Shown: piece after piece, positions 1-13,565 of the stretch
How the letters are laid out: the number at the start of each line of letters is the position of its first letter
Position numbering within the stretch: the first letter of the stretch is position 1
Assembly (NCBI RefSeq): GCF_032444005.1
Contig: NC_091282.1
Coordinates: forward strand, 749,580,001-749,644,000
Direction of reading: 5' to 3'
Length of the DNA: 64,000 nt
Origin: Ranitomeya imitator
Taxonomy: Eukaryota
Notes under the pieces: model-generated
What the model saw: the letters and a program-made list of their open reading frames with translations, nothing else
Told to the model about the DNA's origin: nothing
The model's database searches: none
Translations under genes and position numbers: made by a program

Positions 1-420
1 TTGTCTCTGAAGATCAGTCTAGGAATTTAGAGCGGTGTCTCTTCTGGTCCGGTGGAGTTCAGGGTCCTGGTTCCGTATCCTCTGCTGTGTGTAGCTTTGC
101 AGCAGAGGCTGGAGCTAAGTTTCGTTGTTCCTTTCCTTGTTTCCTTGTCTGTCTCATTCTTGTCACTACCCCCTGTGTTGTTACCATCTGCGGTGGCAAG
201 GCTCGCGTCCTTGCTGGCCAGTGCACTAGCCAGGGTACAGTGAGGTGACAGCTAGGGACTAGGCACATGACGGCGACAGGGGGATGGATCCGTAAAGGCA
301 TTAGGGGAGCTTAGGAATAGGCACAGATCGGTGTTAGGAGGTGCCTTCCTCTCCCTTTTTCCATCCCGTTGTTTGTGTGTGTTGTACCGTCTGCTGGACT
401 TTCCATTCCCGAGCGCTACA
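1..420. mobile_element. 3' part of a probable Ty3/gypsy LTR cut by the window edge
   Basis: Ends in ...GAGCGCTACA (CA terminus) at 420. Composition resembles other LTRs in the window. No partner LTR visible. Confidence 0.4.
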
Positions 421-501
421 CCTTGCAAACATTCAAGAGCTTGAACAAACTGCAAAAGAGGAGTGGGAGAAAATACCAGCTGAGAAGTGCAGGAAGCTTT
501 A

Positions 502-1255
502 GGCTGGGTTCACACTTTGCGGTTTTTACCGCGGAACCGCGGCGATTTTGATGCTGAGGGTCCGCAGCAGTTTCCATAGCGCTTCCATTTACGTGTAAAA
601 CCTATGGAAACCGCAAACCACTGTGCACACGCAGAAACGCAGCGGTTTAAAACCTGCAGCATGTCACTTCTTTGTGCAGAATCGCTGCGATTCTGCACCC
701 ATAGGAATGTATTGAACCGCTTACTTCCCGCATGGGGCTGTGCCCACGTTGCGGGAAGTAAGCGGCTAATGTGCGGTTCCTACCCGGGGTGAAGGAGAGG
801 AGACCCTCCTACAGGCCCTGGGAACCATATTTGGGGTAAAAAAAGAATAAAAATAAAAAATCATGTTATACTCACCTCTCAGCGCTGCACGCGGCCGTCC
901 GGTCAGAGTTGCTGTACGAACAGGACCTGCGGTGACGTCGCAGTCACATGACCGTGACGTCACGAAGGGTCCTTCTCGCATAGCATCATTGGAACCGGAC
1001 CGCCGGGTGCAGCGCCGAGGAGATCCGGACATCAGAGGGTGAGTATAACCAATTTTTATAATTTTTAACATTACTATTGATGCTGCATATTGCTGCATAT
1101 GCAGCATCAATAGTATAGGCGGAAACCCGCAGCGGAAACTGCGGAACAAACTGCGATAAATCTGCAGGGAGAACCGCAGCGGTTTTGCCCTGCAGATTTA
1201 TCAAATCCGCTGCGGGAGAACCCGCAGAGGGACGCCGCAAAGTGTGAACATGGCC
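502..1255. mobile_element. PIF/Harbinger-like MITE
   Basis: TIRs GGCTGGGTTCACACTTTGCGG / CCGCAAAGTGTGAACATGGCC. TTA at 499-501 and 1256-1258 (3-bp TSD). Internal CCGCAG/CTGCGG repeats. Confidence 0.8.
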
Positions 1256-1258
1256 TTA

Positions 1259-1646
1259 GGCTATGTGCACACGTTGCAGATTTTACTGTGGAAATTTCTG
1301 TGCAGATTCTGCATTTCTTGGCAGAAAACGCAGGTCAGAATCGGCGCCTTTTTTTTGGTCTGTGCACACGTTGCAGATTTTTGTGCGGATTTCTTCCTTT
1401 TTTTACCCCTGCGGATTTTTATTATGGAATGGGTGCAGAAACGCACCAGATCTGCAAAAAGAAGTGACATGGTCCTTTTTTGAATCTGCTGCGTTTTCCG
1501 TGCAGATTTTTCTGCACTATTAGCACAGCATTTTTTTGTTTGCCATTGATTTACATTGTACTGTAAATCACTTGCGGATCTGCAGCGTTTCTGAGCGGAA
1601 AAAAAAGCTGCAGATCTGCAGGAATCTGCAACGTGTGCACATAGCC
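1259..1646. mobile_element. PIF/Harbinger-like MITE abutting the previous one
   Basis: Perfect TIRs GGCTATGTGCACACGTTGCAG / CTGCAACGTGTGCACATAGCC. Flanked by TTA and TAA. Confidence 0.8.
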
Positions 1647-1649
1647 TAA

Positions 1650-1929
1650 AGATGGCTAGAAGATACGTTTGGAGGCTGCCATCAATGCCAAAGGGTGTGC
1701 AACCATGTATTAATTAGGGGTGCCTTTATTGCTGTACATGCTGTTTATTCTGTTTCTTTTTTGAAATTGTAACATGTAAGTTAAAAAACATTGTTTTTTT
1801 AGTTGTATTAATTTGGAAGACTAATTAAAAAATCCCGAGGATATAACTTTGGTACATTTCCATTTATTTCTGAAGATATTGTACAGTTTATGAAAATATG
1901 AAGGGGTGACAATAATGGTGAGCAGCACT
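1650..1929 (+). mobile_element. Tc1/mariner 3' relic
   Basis: Degenerate transposase C-terminus (LEAAINAK-G-AT-like) followed by an AT-rich TIR-like tail. Confidence 0.5.
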
Positions 1930-2069
1930 AGAATTGTCTCTGTTAGCAACTACCTAACTGTTAATTCGTAGGCCCATAGTAAAAAAATAGTCTTGGACAA
2001 CCCCTTTTAATCGTTTTTTTTTATCAATTAACAAACTGCAAAGTGAATAAACTAAAGAGAAGCCTAAAT

Positions 2070-3600
2070 CTCATGAATATTTGGTGACCATCCTTTGCCA
2101 TAGTCGGTTCTTCTAGATACACTATTGCTTGCACACAGTTTTTGAAGGAACTCAACAGAAGGTTGTGAGTCGCCTGCCAGGGCATTGGGGGTACTCGGTA
2201 CCGGGTCCGATCGCCCTTAAAGGGGATGTCATAGTGGTTACGACCCGGACCGTGGCCCTGGGAACTCAATAAAAGGGGGAAAGTCTTTAAAGGGAATTTG
2301 GTAATAAAGTCTATTCGTGACGCCACCTGTGGTTTTCGGTCAGTGGAACTGACGCTGCTTAAAGGGGTCCTCTGGGGTGATGTTGTTGCAGCAAGATGGT
2401 GACGCTTCCCACAGGTGAAGCGGGGTCCCCAGGGCTCCCAAGGTGTGTGGGCAAGGATGGTGTATGTCAACAAATAAGTGGAGGACACAGAGTTGTAAAG
2501 TCTTTACCTGGTTTACTGGTGGTAGCAGTCCACAGTCCAGGGTACCAGGCACAGGTGGTGATGTGGTCTGGCCGGCTTGGAGGCAATAGGCAAATCCCCT
2601 TTTCCAGGTGAGGTCCGTAAGCCTTTCCTACTTGCACGGATGTGCGAAGTCCCTGCTGCCTGAAGCTTGCTGGCAAGGTACTCCTTTCCTCTCCTGTCCT
2701 GGGAACGGTGCCTGCACGGTGGGCAGTGTGAGCCGTTTTACAGGGTCTCTATCATGACCCGGGCTCTTAAGATACTGCTTCACCTCAGACTTGGTGTGGG
2801 CAAGTAACGTACAGTCTAATGCCCTCTGTTTCTGCTATGTGTCCTAGAGTACAACAAAGCCTTGGGCTCCCGGTGCCTGGTTTCTGCGCTTCGGCTCTGA
2901 GGGTACCCGGTCACAGTTCCCCTCTGAGCCCCTTACTTTCTCCACTGTGCCCCTTCCCGCTTTGGCTCCACCACTTTCAACCCCTCGGGTTCTCCTTCTA
3001 TCCCAGAGCTGCAGCTCAAAGCCTGGCTGCATGGCTCCGCCATCTGCTCTTCACTCCTCAGTGTCTCTCACTAATTGACTAACTCCTCCTCCAGACCAGG
3101 ATATATCTATCTGAGCGAAGCTCCCCTGAATCCTGGTTCAGAGATCCCCTTCTGGCCTGGATTTGGAATGTGTTGTGTGTGGGTGCCATACCTGGTAAAG
3201 GAAACTTCCCTTGCCTCCAAGCATGATATTACCATCCCCGAAAGGAAGGCAACATCACTGTAACAACCGATTACCTGGGGTGTTACAGTTGTTCCAAACA
3301 TCTTGTAGAACTAACCAAGGATCTTTTGTGTACGAGGCTTGTGCAAATCCTTCTGTATCTTCGTGTGATCACACACAGACTAGATGATGCTGAGATGACA
3401 GCTCTGTGGTGACCGGATTATCACTTCTAGGACTCCTTGTTCTTCATTATAGTAATTAATGACATTGGATGTTTGGAGTAGTTTTCCTGATGCATAATAT
3501 ATTTGGAGCCAGTCAGGCGCCTCCCTGATGAAATTGTGTGATGGATAAGGATCTGTACTATACTAGTACTGCATGTTGTATTATATCTGTTTTGGTAAAG
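2070..3600 (-). pseudogene. Degenerate Tc1 transposase fragment split by a solo LTR
   Basis: Minus-strand SGRRLTGSKYIMHQENYSKH resembles Tc1 SGKRLIGxxFILQQDNDPKH. Sequence rejoins across the LTR as CAGAAG-GTTG-TTCCAAAC. Confidence 0.7.
2166..3287 (-). mobile_element. Ty3/gypsy solo LTR (~1.12 kb)
   Basis: TG...CA ends. GTTG TSD at 2162-2165 and 3288-3291. End architecture resembles the LTRs of the 21243 element in reverse orientation. Confidence 0.8.
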
Positions 3601-5239
3601 TGGGTGGACTGCCATTATATATCTCACACAGTTTGACACCCAACTCATCTGGATTGGCAAATACTGCAATAATACATAAAAGGTACCCAAGGAAAAATCA
3701 AGTAACGCCTACAGTAGGTCTTTATGTAAAAGTCTCCGAAGAACTCCTCTCCTACTATGCATAATTTCTAACACTGGTGTATTCTAATATCTTTGGGCTC
3801 CGTAAGGCACCAGGGCCATGTGTAACTGCTAACTGTGTTCCCCTTTTTGCTAACTACGTGCCTCCCATTGCTTTTGGTAAGCCCAACATTTTCAATTACA
3901 GCTATATTAATCAGATTTTCCAAAAAGTAAATATGATTAAAGGGGTTGTCTCATCTTATATCTTCAGGAGTTCAGTGCTTACCTGGCTTTCCGTTTCCTA
4001 TTTTTGGGGGACGGTACACTCCAGATGTTTAACAGTTTGGACATATGGTATGGCTAAGTTAATGGTCTGAACTGTGCACTCTCCAGCGCAGCACTTACAA
4101 GTTCTATAGCAAAGAGCTTGCAATCCTTGAGTCTACCACTAATAGACTACATAAATGGCCGGTAACCTAGGCAACTCGCACTAAACAATGAAATTAAAAA
4201 TCTTTACAGTCCTAAGAACAGAGATGATTTTTCATGAATCAAAATTGCAAAATTGATGGCTTTTACTCTTTATTTTACCCATTTGACAAGATGAGACAAT
4301 CTCTTCAATTATTTGTTTTGACACATGTATTTACTTTTCTTTCTGTATTAATATATTATTCCCTGTAGGAGACCACATGTCAGTCTCAGAGTCTAATTTA
4401 ATTTTGGATTTCCTGACTAGAGGATAGGGACAAATTGGGCCATTCCAATAATCAGCCCAAATTGCTGCCATTGTATATTGCACTCTTTTGAATCAGCCCT
4501 CCAATAAACCGACAGGAATGCCAACTTGCTAATTCACTAAATTAGACCCTATTGGATTGAAGTTGATTGCTCACAGTTTTATGACTACTGTTGGGGGATA
4601 TATAGATCGCCTGGCTTAGGTCTGCAATATTGAGGTTTATGGCACTTGACTAGTGGTAAGGACTGGGTTCACATATGCTGCTTTTTTTTTTTTTAGGAGG
4701 CCGTAAGCGGTGATTCTCCATACAGTACCTACTGTGCCCTAAATTTCATGCGTGCTCTGTTATATAGCTGTTCTCTATGAGGCACCATGTGTTGGCACCT
4801 GGACAATGATTCCATAAGACTAGCATTTTGTACGCCAGTCTCGATGAACAGTGCACTGGATTAAGATGCGTCAAATTCAAGAGGGTTTTTCTTAGTGAAT
4901 TTGGCACATCTGTCAGCTGCTGTTCATCACTGCAAGAAAGGACTGGAGTCCATTTGTGATGTGCATGATAACTTTGTCGGGTGTGATTAGCCTCGCTCCT
5001 CCTGGCAAGGTTAAACCACATTTCAAAAAGTGTCAAAAGTCACAATGTTTTTTGCACAACTGCAAGTCCCCTCAACAAATTTGGGATATTTCAATGCAGT
5101 TTTATGGAGTTTTACCCCATTCTTATCCCTGTAGAGTTATTTTCTCTGCTGAAGATGAAGCCTTTTTAAGACTGTCCTGTGTCTACCAAAAGTAAAGCCT
5201 CCTGAGACCATTCATGTGTGGGAGCTTCTCATCTATGGA

Positions 5240-5645
5240 GGAGGCTCACCACGATTTTGCTGAAGAACACCACTATGAATGAAGAATGTGATCCAGTCAT
5301 TCAGGAGCAATGTGGTGATGATCCTTTTTCCAGCATGATGGAGACCAGGTCAAAAGACAAAAGTGATAACTAAGTGGCTTGGTGAACAAAACATCGTCAT
5401 TTTGGGTCCATGGCTAGGAATCTTCCCAGATCTCTATCCCATTGAGAACCTGTGGTCAATCCTCAAAAAATGGGAGGACAAACAAAAACAAAGAAATTGT
5501 GATAAAGTCCAAGCACCGATTAGGCAAGAACGGGTGATCATTAATCAGGATTTGAGAAGCTACTGGGGCGCAGGGCAGAAGTCTGCAGAAATAAGGGTCA
5601 GCAATGGAAATATTGATGCTTTACATAAACTTTTGTCCACAACTG
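5240..5645 (+). pseudogene. Tc1 transposase DDE-domain relic
   Basis: FQHDG...ITKWLGEQNIVILGPWLGIFPDLYPIENLWSILKK is a decayed PWPGNSPDLNPIENLW motif. Frameshifts and internal deletion. Confidence 0.8.
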
Positions 5646-6380
5646 TACTGTATATACAAACATGACAAATAGGTATACTGCGCTGTGACTTTAAAACGTG
5701 GTATATTGAGTGCGCTAATCAATGTCGATAAGCCATGATGAAGAAGAGACTCCAGGTCTACACACACTTTTTGTGAAGAAGACATCTCCCCGATGTGCGC
5801 ACTTCTGGGTGTCCTGTAAGTCCCGTGTGTGAATAGGAATATGTCGTACTGCATTGTCCTCAGATAATTATAATAAACCTCTGGTTCAGTACATGGCCCG
5901 GACCACCTGACAGAAAAGACCCTCGCTCAGGGTCATGTTATTAAGCCAAAGCATCTGATGGTGCAATTTACCCAACATTTATGTGCTAAAATCTGACACG
6001 TTACATTTACACCGTTCATATATCTCCAGCTGACACATTATTGGGCCTTACAGAATTACCGTGTGTCATAAAACTCTGAGTGAGCATTTGTCCAAATTAG
6101 CCCCAAGGGTGAAGAAGAGTAAGTGTCCTTGTGGGATTTTTAGTGCTTTTATTAATTACAGAATTTCCTGGAGGTTGAGGTAAAATATTTGCTTAAAATA
6201 ATATTTGTGCCTCTAGATGCAATCATGAAAGTCCTTAAAAAAAGCCTCAACCAGAGGTGCTAATATAAAATAATAATGCAGTGTATTATAGGGTTTCTCA
6301 CCCACAGCAGGGTCTCAGTGTGACTGCTACCGCTGCCACCCCCTAATAACAAGAACACTGAGACATTAAATTAAGGACAT

Positions 6381-6766
6381 AAAGAGGTTTTCCACCTTTG
6401 GGGCTTTTTGTTTCACTTAAATACATGTATTTGGGGTAAAAAAAATAATTTTTACAATTGAAACTTCTTAAAAACTTCTCACCGTTTGGCTTTACAGGCT
6501 CTTTGTTTCTCTGCACATTCAACTTTGTTGTAGCCTGTGGTCATAAATCTGTGAGGAACTCTGAAAAAAGACAGATAAAAGAGCTACAAAGCTCACTGAC
6601 GCAATATCAGTTAGCGCATTCTGCAGCCAGTAATAGACACTGCTACAAGGAGGCTATAGAAGGCAAATGGTGCAAAAGTTTTAACTGAATCCAATTGTAA
6701 AAATGATTTTTAGCCAAAAATACATGCTTTTATGAAAAAAAAAAAAAATAGGTGGACAACCTTTTT
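6381..6766. mobile_element. Degenerate Kolobok/T2-like MITE
   Basis: Imperfect TIRs AAAGAGGTTTTCCACC / GGTGGACAACCTTTT with subterminal TACATGTATTT / AAATACATG arms. Confidence 0.5.
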
Positions 6767-6768
6767 AT

Positions 6769-6957
6769 TAGGTCACGTTCAGTATTTGGTCAGTATTTTA
6801 CATCAGTATTTGTAAGCCAAAACCAGGAGTGGGTGATAAATACAGAAGCGATGACGTGTTTCTATTAAACTTTTCTTCTGATTGTTCCACTCCTGGTTTT
6901 GGCTGAGAAATGCTGATGTAAAATACTGACCAAATACTGATAGTGTGACTGTGGCCT
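6769..6957. mobile_element. Short foldback Harbinger-like MITE
   Basis: Arms TCAGTATTTGGTCAGTATTTTACATCAGTATTT...AGCCAAAACCAGGAGTGG and CCACTCCTGGTTTTGGCT...TGATGTAAAATACTGACCAAATACTGA. Confidence 0.7.
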
Positions 6958-9278
6958 TACCTAGCATTTAGGTTTACAAATGACACAAATTGCAGGTCTC
7001 ATATTACCTAGTTTACCTATAAACACGCTGGTTAATGTGGTTATTGGGCTTTCAAAAATCTCTAGTCTGGTTTATAGGCCAGAGCTGCATTAACTATTCT
7101 GCAGTCTTCAGAGCTGAAATCTCCCCATTATTCTTCAATGTCTATACAGAATTTACTTGCTTGATATTCGGTAATCAGATATAGTAAAAACTAAATACCT
7201 GGTACTCGTCCCACCTCTGTATTTCTTCTTTACTCCAACTAGGCAACCGAATGTTTCCTTCATGCTGGCAATTGCATCTGTTTTTCGGCGCTGTTGATCT
7301 GCCAGGGCAATAGGCACTTAATCGTAACGTCACAGATTGGGTCTTGCCTGAAGAAAAAAAGTGATTCTGTCACTTGATCATTGTTCCTCTGCATTTTGAC
7401 TCTGTTCCTGACTCCTTATCCTGACTTTGGACTGGTTACAAGATTACGCTTCTGTCTCGTCCTTTGCATTTGTCACCTCCTTGCTCAATTTCCACTTTTT
7501 GGCTTTAATTTCTGAGCTGTCTTCTGACAATTCTGATGCATGTTCTCGCTTATTGAATCCTATCCTCTATATCACTGATGACCCTTCATTATATTCCTGA
7601 ATTTTCTACAAGTTTTTCGCTAGAAAGCATCCGACCACAATTGGTAGCACTTCTGGAGACCACGACCTGTGAATCCAACAGGAAATATTCAAACCTGGTT
7701 GCGGGAGTTGAGTGAACCCCAAGGTGTAGACTTGTGAATCCTCACAGCGCGCACAGTGCATGTTGTCAGGATTCTCCAGCGCCAGGAGCAGCGGGTGTGT
7801 GACCGCAAGTACGCAATTTGCATACATGCGGTCACATGATAACTGGATATGCGTGGCTTCCCTCAATACAAATGAATTGAGCAAGGCCAGGCACATCTAG
7901 TTGGAATATGGCCAAAAGTATGCAAATCACATGATCACCCAGCACCGAAGAATCTTGACAGTGTGCACTCTGCACATAGAGTAACTGCAAACTTGAGCCT
8001 CAAGCTGGGAAACTCCATAAAGGGAAAAGAATAGAGAGAGTCCTTATATGTTGCACCCAATTCTACACAAAAAATGATTCTAAACTGATTGCTGCTTAGA
8101 GGATCCAATCATTTAATGAGAAATGTAACAATAGACAAATGCTTTATTGAAACTGAGCTTTTTTTTAACCCCTTTCTGACATCAGACTTAATATTCCTTC
8201 CATGTGACCCGGGCCAATTTGACCACGGATAGAATATTACGTCTGAGCGATCGGCGCCGGGTGTCAGCTGACTCTCACAGCTGACACCCGGCACTGGGTG
8301 TCAGGAGGGGTCACAGACTGCTTCTGGTATTTTAACCCCCGAAATACTGCGATCCAACAAGATTGCAGCATTCTGGGAGCTGGCACAGGGCTGACAGCCC
8401 ATCTGCCTGTGGATCGGAGACCCAATCGCTGCTATGGTGACCCGATGTCATCATGGCAACTTCCGGGTCACCAGACCTAGCAAACTTGCCGATCATGAGC
8501 AGTGCATGATCAGCAAGTCTCCCTGTCAGTGCAGCGCTGACAACTTCTATGGCATGGTGATGCTGCTTTATCTGCATGCTATAGAAGCGATCAGCCTGCA
8601 AAATATGATTGTACCATAGTGGGACAAAGTAAAAAAAAGTTAGAAAAAAGTAAAAAAAAATGTTTTCAATAATTGAAAAAAAATATGAGTGAAAAAAAAT
8701 CTAAACAATAAAAGTACACATATTTGGTATCACCGCGACCACAATGACCCAACCTACAAAACTGTCTCACTAATTAACCCCTTTAGTGAGCACCATAAAA
8801 AAAGGCAAAAAACAACGCTTTATCATCATACCGCCGAACAAAAAGTGGAATAACACGCGATCAAAAAGACGGATATAACCAAACTTGGTACCGCTGAAAA
8901 CGTCATCTTCTTCCGCAAGAAAGAAGCCCCCATACAGCTCCATCAGCAGAAAAATAAAAAAGTTATAGCTCTCAGAATAAAGGGATGCAAAAATAATTAT
9001 TTTTTATATAAAATAGTTTTTGTTGTATAAAAGCACCAAAACATAAAAAATGATATAAATTAGGTATTGCTGTAATTGTACTAACCTGAAGAATAAAACT
9101 GCTTTATCAATTTTACCACACATGGAACGGTATAAATGCCCCCCAAAAGAAATTCATGAATTGCTGTTTTTTGTTCATTCTGCCTACCAAAAATCGAAAT
9201 AGAAAGCGATCAAAAAATGTCATGTGCCTGAAAATGTTACCAATAAAAACGTCAACTTATCCCACAAAAAACAAAGCA

Positions 9279-10410
9279 AGGACGGGCGCCAGGGAAGAAG
9301 TGTTACAGTAAGCGGCAGCGCTGTTCGCCGGCGTCGGGTGCTGAACACGGCTCTCATCACTCTCCCCTTCTCTGCCGGCGATCGGTGCGAGCAAGGGAGA
9401 ATGATGAGAATTACATTTAAGTAATAAAAGAGCAAGATGCGGCTGATGTGACTATTACTCCCATCAGCCTATCCCTGCTGCTGCTAATAACAGTGACAGC
9501 AGGAGCGGTGGATGGGAGAATTCATGTGCGGCTCCTGCGCTGTAAATAAATATGGTAATTAAAAAATTTAACGGTGTGGGTTCCCTCCTATTTTTGATAA
9601 CCAGCCAGACAAAACCCTCAGCTTTCAGTTTTAGCAAGGTTGGAAATCAAGAATAGAGGGGTCGCCAAGCCACATTTTTTAATTATTTAAATAAATAATT
9701 TAAAAAAAATGGTGTGGGTATCCCCCCATTTTTGACAGCCAGCCTTGCTAAAGCTCACAGTTGGAGACTAGTATTCTCAGGCTGGTAAGGGGCCATGGAT
9801 ATTGACCCCCCAGCCTAAAAAGAGCAGCCCGCAGTTGCCCAGAAAAGGCACATATATTAGATGCGCCAATTCTGGCACTTTGCCCGGCTCTTCCCACTTG
9901 CCCTGTAGCGGTGGCAAGTGGGGTTCATATTTGTGGGGTTGATGTCACCGGTGACATCAAGCACACGGCTTAGTAATGGAGAAACGTCTATAAGACACTT
10001 ATCCATTGCTAACCCTGTAGTTGTATGGTAAATAAAGACACAGTCAGAATATAGTCCTTTATTTAAAAAAAAAATTACTCAGACTTGCAGCAGGGGTAGC
10101 CTGATGGGAGTAATAGTCCCATCAGCTGTCGCCTGTTGTCTCTTTTATTACATAAATATAACTCTCATCATTCTCCCCTGCTCACGCCGATCGCCGGCAG
10201 AGCAGGGAAGAATGAAAAGAGCTGTGTTTAGCACCCGGCACCGATGCGTGTCACATGGATGACATCCATATGTGTTATATGTATGTACGTGTGCGGGACG
10301 TTTTATGGCCCGTGCTGACATTAAAAAATGGACATGTCAACGTGTTTTACCCATGGACACGCAGTCCGTGGAAATACACTGACATGAGCACAGACCCATT
10401 CACTTGAATA
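9279..10410. mobile_element. Partial foldback non-autonomous element inside the piggyBac-like element
   Basis: About 9330-9540 is an inverted copy of about 10080-10240. The core (about 9560-10070) recurs at about 40720-41280. Confidence 0.55.
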
Positions 10411-10449
10411 GGCAAATGGCGCTCTGTTCCTCCCGAGTCTCTCCACATG

Positions 10450-12310
10450 GCTAAGTAGCACTGTACAGCCACATATGGGGTATTGCCACGTTCAGTAGAA
10501 ATTGTGGGACAAATTTTGTTGCCATTTTTACCCACTTTTTGTGTGAAAATGTAAAATATTTGGCTAAAACAAAATTTTGGTGGTAAAAATATAGTTATTT
10601 TTTCCTCAATGCCTAATGGTATAAGATTCTGTGACACACCCATGGTGTGTATATGAACACTGCACCCCTAGATGAATTCATTGAGAGGTGTAGTTCATAA
10701 AATGGAGTCATTTATGGGGGGTTCTGCTGTTTTAGCACCTCATGTGCCCTCCCAGTGGGTCATGGCACCTGCAAAACATGACAGTAAAATCTGGCGCTCC
10801 TTCCCTTCTGAGCTCTGCCATGCACCCAAACAGTGCTTTATCCCCACATATGGGGTATCAGTGTACTCAAGACAAATTGCACAATAACTTTTGGTTTCCA
10901 ATTTCTTCTGTTACCCATGTGGAAAAAATGGGAATGAAAAGATCATTTTTGGGAAAAAAATATGATTTTTTATTTTTACAGCTCTACGTTATAAACTTCT
11001 GTGAAGCAAATGGGGGTTCAAACTGCTCACCACATATCTAGATAAGATACTTAGGGGGGTTTCCAAAATGGTGTCACTAGTGGGGGGTTTCCACTGTTTA
11101 GGCACATCAGGGGCTCTCCAAACACGGTATGGAGTCTGATCTTAATTCCAGCCAATTTTGCGTTGAAAAAGTAAAACAGCGATCCTTCCCTTCCGAACTC
11201 TGTCATGCCCCCAAACAGTGGTTTACCCCTACATATGGGGCTTCAGCATACTCAGGACAAATTGATCAATAACTTTTGGGGTCCAATTTCTGCTGTTACC
11301 CTTGGGAAAAGAAATTGGGAGCGAAAAGATCATTTTTGGGAAAAAATATGATTTTTTATTTTTACAGCTCTACTTTATAAACTTCTGTGAAGCACTTGGG
11401 GGTTCAACGTGCTCACCACACATCTATATAAGTTACTTAGGGGGTCTAGTTTCCAAAATGGTGTCACTTTTGGGGCATTTCCACTGTTTAGGCACATCAG
11501 GGGCTCTCCAAACGCGGCATGGCGTCCGATCTTAATTCCAGCCAATTTTGCGTTGAAATAGTAAAACAGCGCTCCTTTCCTTCCGAGCTCTGCCATGCGC
11601 CCAAACAGTAGTTTATCCCCACATATGGGGTATCAGCATACTCAGGAAAAATTGCACAACAACTTTTGTAGTCAAATTTCTCCTGTTACCCTTGGGAAAA
11701 TAAAAAAATGGAGGTGAAAAATCATGTTTGTGAAAAAAAATGTGATTTTTTATTTTTACGGCTCTACGTTATACACTTCTGTGAAGCACTTGGGGATTCA
11801 TAGTGCTCACCACACATCTAGATAAGTTCCTTGGGTCTAGTTTCCAAAATGGTGCCAATTGTGGGGAATTTCCACTGTTTAGGCACATCAGGGGCTCTGC
11901 AAACGCGACATGGTATCCAATCTCAATTCCAGCCAATTTTGCATTTAAAAGTCAAACGGTGCTCCTTTCTTTCCAAGCTCTGCCATCTTCCCAAATAGTC
12001 GTTTACCTGCATATATTGGGCATCCGCATACTCAGAACAAATTGCACAACAACTGTTGGTATCCAATTTCTCCTGTTACCCTTGGTAAAATAAAAAAAAA
12101 TTGTTCTGAATTAAATTTTTTGTGAAAAAAAGTTAAATGTTCTTTTTTTTTTTTCGTTTTTTTTTTTAAACATTCCAAAAATTCATGTGAAGCACCTGAG
12201 GTTAATACCTCGGTTAATAAACATCTTGAATGTGGTTTTGGGCACCTTGAGGGGTGCAGTTTTAAGAATGGTGTCACTTTTGGGTATTTTCTATCATATA
12301 GACCCCTCAA
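10450..12310. repeat. About 5 diverged tandem units of ~390 bp
   Basis: ACATATGGGG...TACTCAGGA..AAATTG motif recurs near 10453, 10848, 11232, 11622 and 12010. Confidence 0.8.
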
Positions 12311-12940
12311 AGTGACTTCAAATGTGATGTGGTCCCTAAAAAATAAATTCTGTTTTTTTCACAAATAAACGCAAGTCATATCAAAGAAATGTTATGGCTG
12401 TGTGCACACGATGCAGATTTGGTGCAGAATTTTCTGCATAAAATCTGCACTAAATCTGCATCTCCTGGCAGAATCCACAGGTGCGTTTTTTATGCGTTTT
12501 TTTATGCGTTTTTTGTGCAGATTTTACCAATGGATTTCTATTATGGAGGGGTGCAGAAACACTGCATAACTGCACAAAAGAAGTGACATGCACTTCTTTG
12601 AAATCTAAACCAAAAAGCACCAACAACAGCTTTTATGTCCAAAATAGCAAGTAGTACTTTATTAAAGATAATAAGATAAAAACACGTAAAGGGGGAACAT
12701 GGGGGAACATGCAACAGTGCAGCACAAAACGTGCCCAGTAAGAGCCGTGGACGGCATATCTCAATAATATAAATGGACAATGCATAGGTGAAATAAACAT
12801 GTCACAGCGTAGCCAAATATATAGCCATAATCGACTTATTCAGATGACATAAGGATATAGGGCATATTGCAATATAGCATGTAAACTGACGTAAAAACAT
12901 ACCCAGGTATATGTGCCCGTCACCACGCCATACACTGCTG

Positions 12941-12985
12941 ACCCCGACGCGCGTTTCAGTTATATAAACCTTCGTCAGGGGGCGT
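12941..12985 (-). ncRNA. Minimal type I hammerhead ribozyme in the inverted pLTR
   Basis: Minus strand: CCCC-CUGACGA-AGGUUUAUAUAACU-GAAAC-GCGC-GUC-GGGG. Confidence 0.85.
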
Positions 12986-13565
12986 GCCGAGAGTCCACAT
13001 GTGCCGTCTTATATAGTGGGAATGTAACCGCACCAACCGGAAGTGAAAAACCACGTTGCAATAGCAACAGGCCCAGAGCCCACAGCGATGTAGCGCCGGA
13101 AATAGGGGGGCGTCGCCAGCACGTCGTTATAGCAACGACCATACCAGCACATCATGACGCTGCCGCGTCCACTAAGAACTTAAGGGACGCGCACACCCCG
13201 GAAGTAAGGAAACGTTACCATGACAGCAACCGCGGCGTGCAGGTACGTCACCACCCGGTCAGCTGACGCCGGAGCACATGGGGCACCATGTGACCAAGCT
13301 ACAGACTGACCTCAGGGGGCGGAGCACCTGCACCACAGTGCGTCCATGGCAAAAGACGCTAGGATGGGCAAAATGGCACTAGCGGTATAAGTAATTACAG
13401 GACGAACAGTGGAAAGAACTAATATATACAAATACCGAATGTAGGACAACATGTAACGATGATAGATAGACCATTACAGATAACGATATTAATACAATGG
13501 ATAACGAACGGACGGAAGCTGGGATCTAAGCTCAATATACATGAGTAACAGAACAGCAAAGAAGA

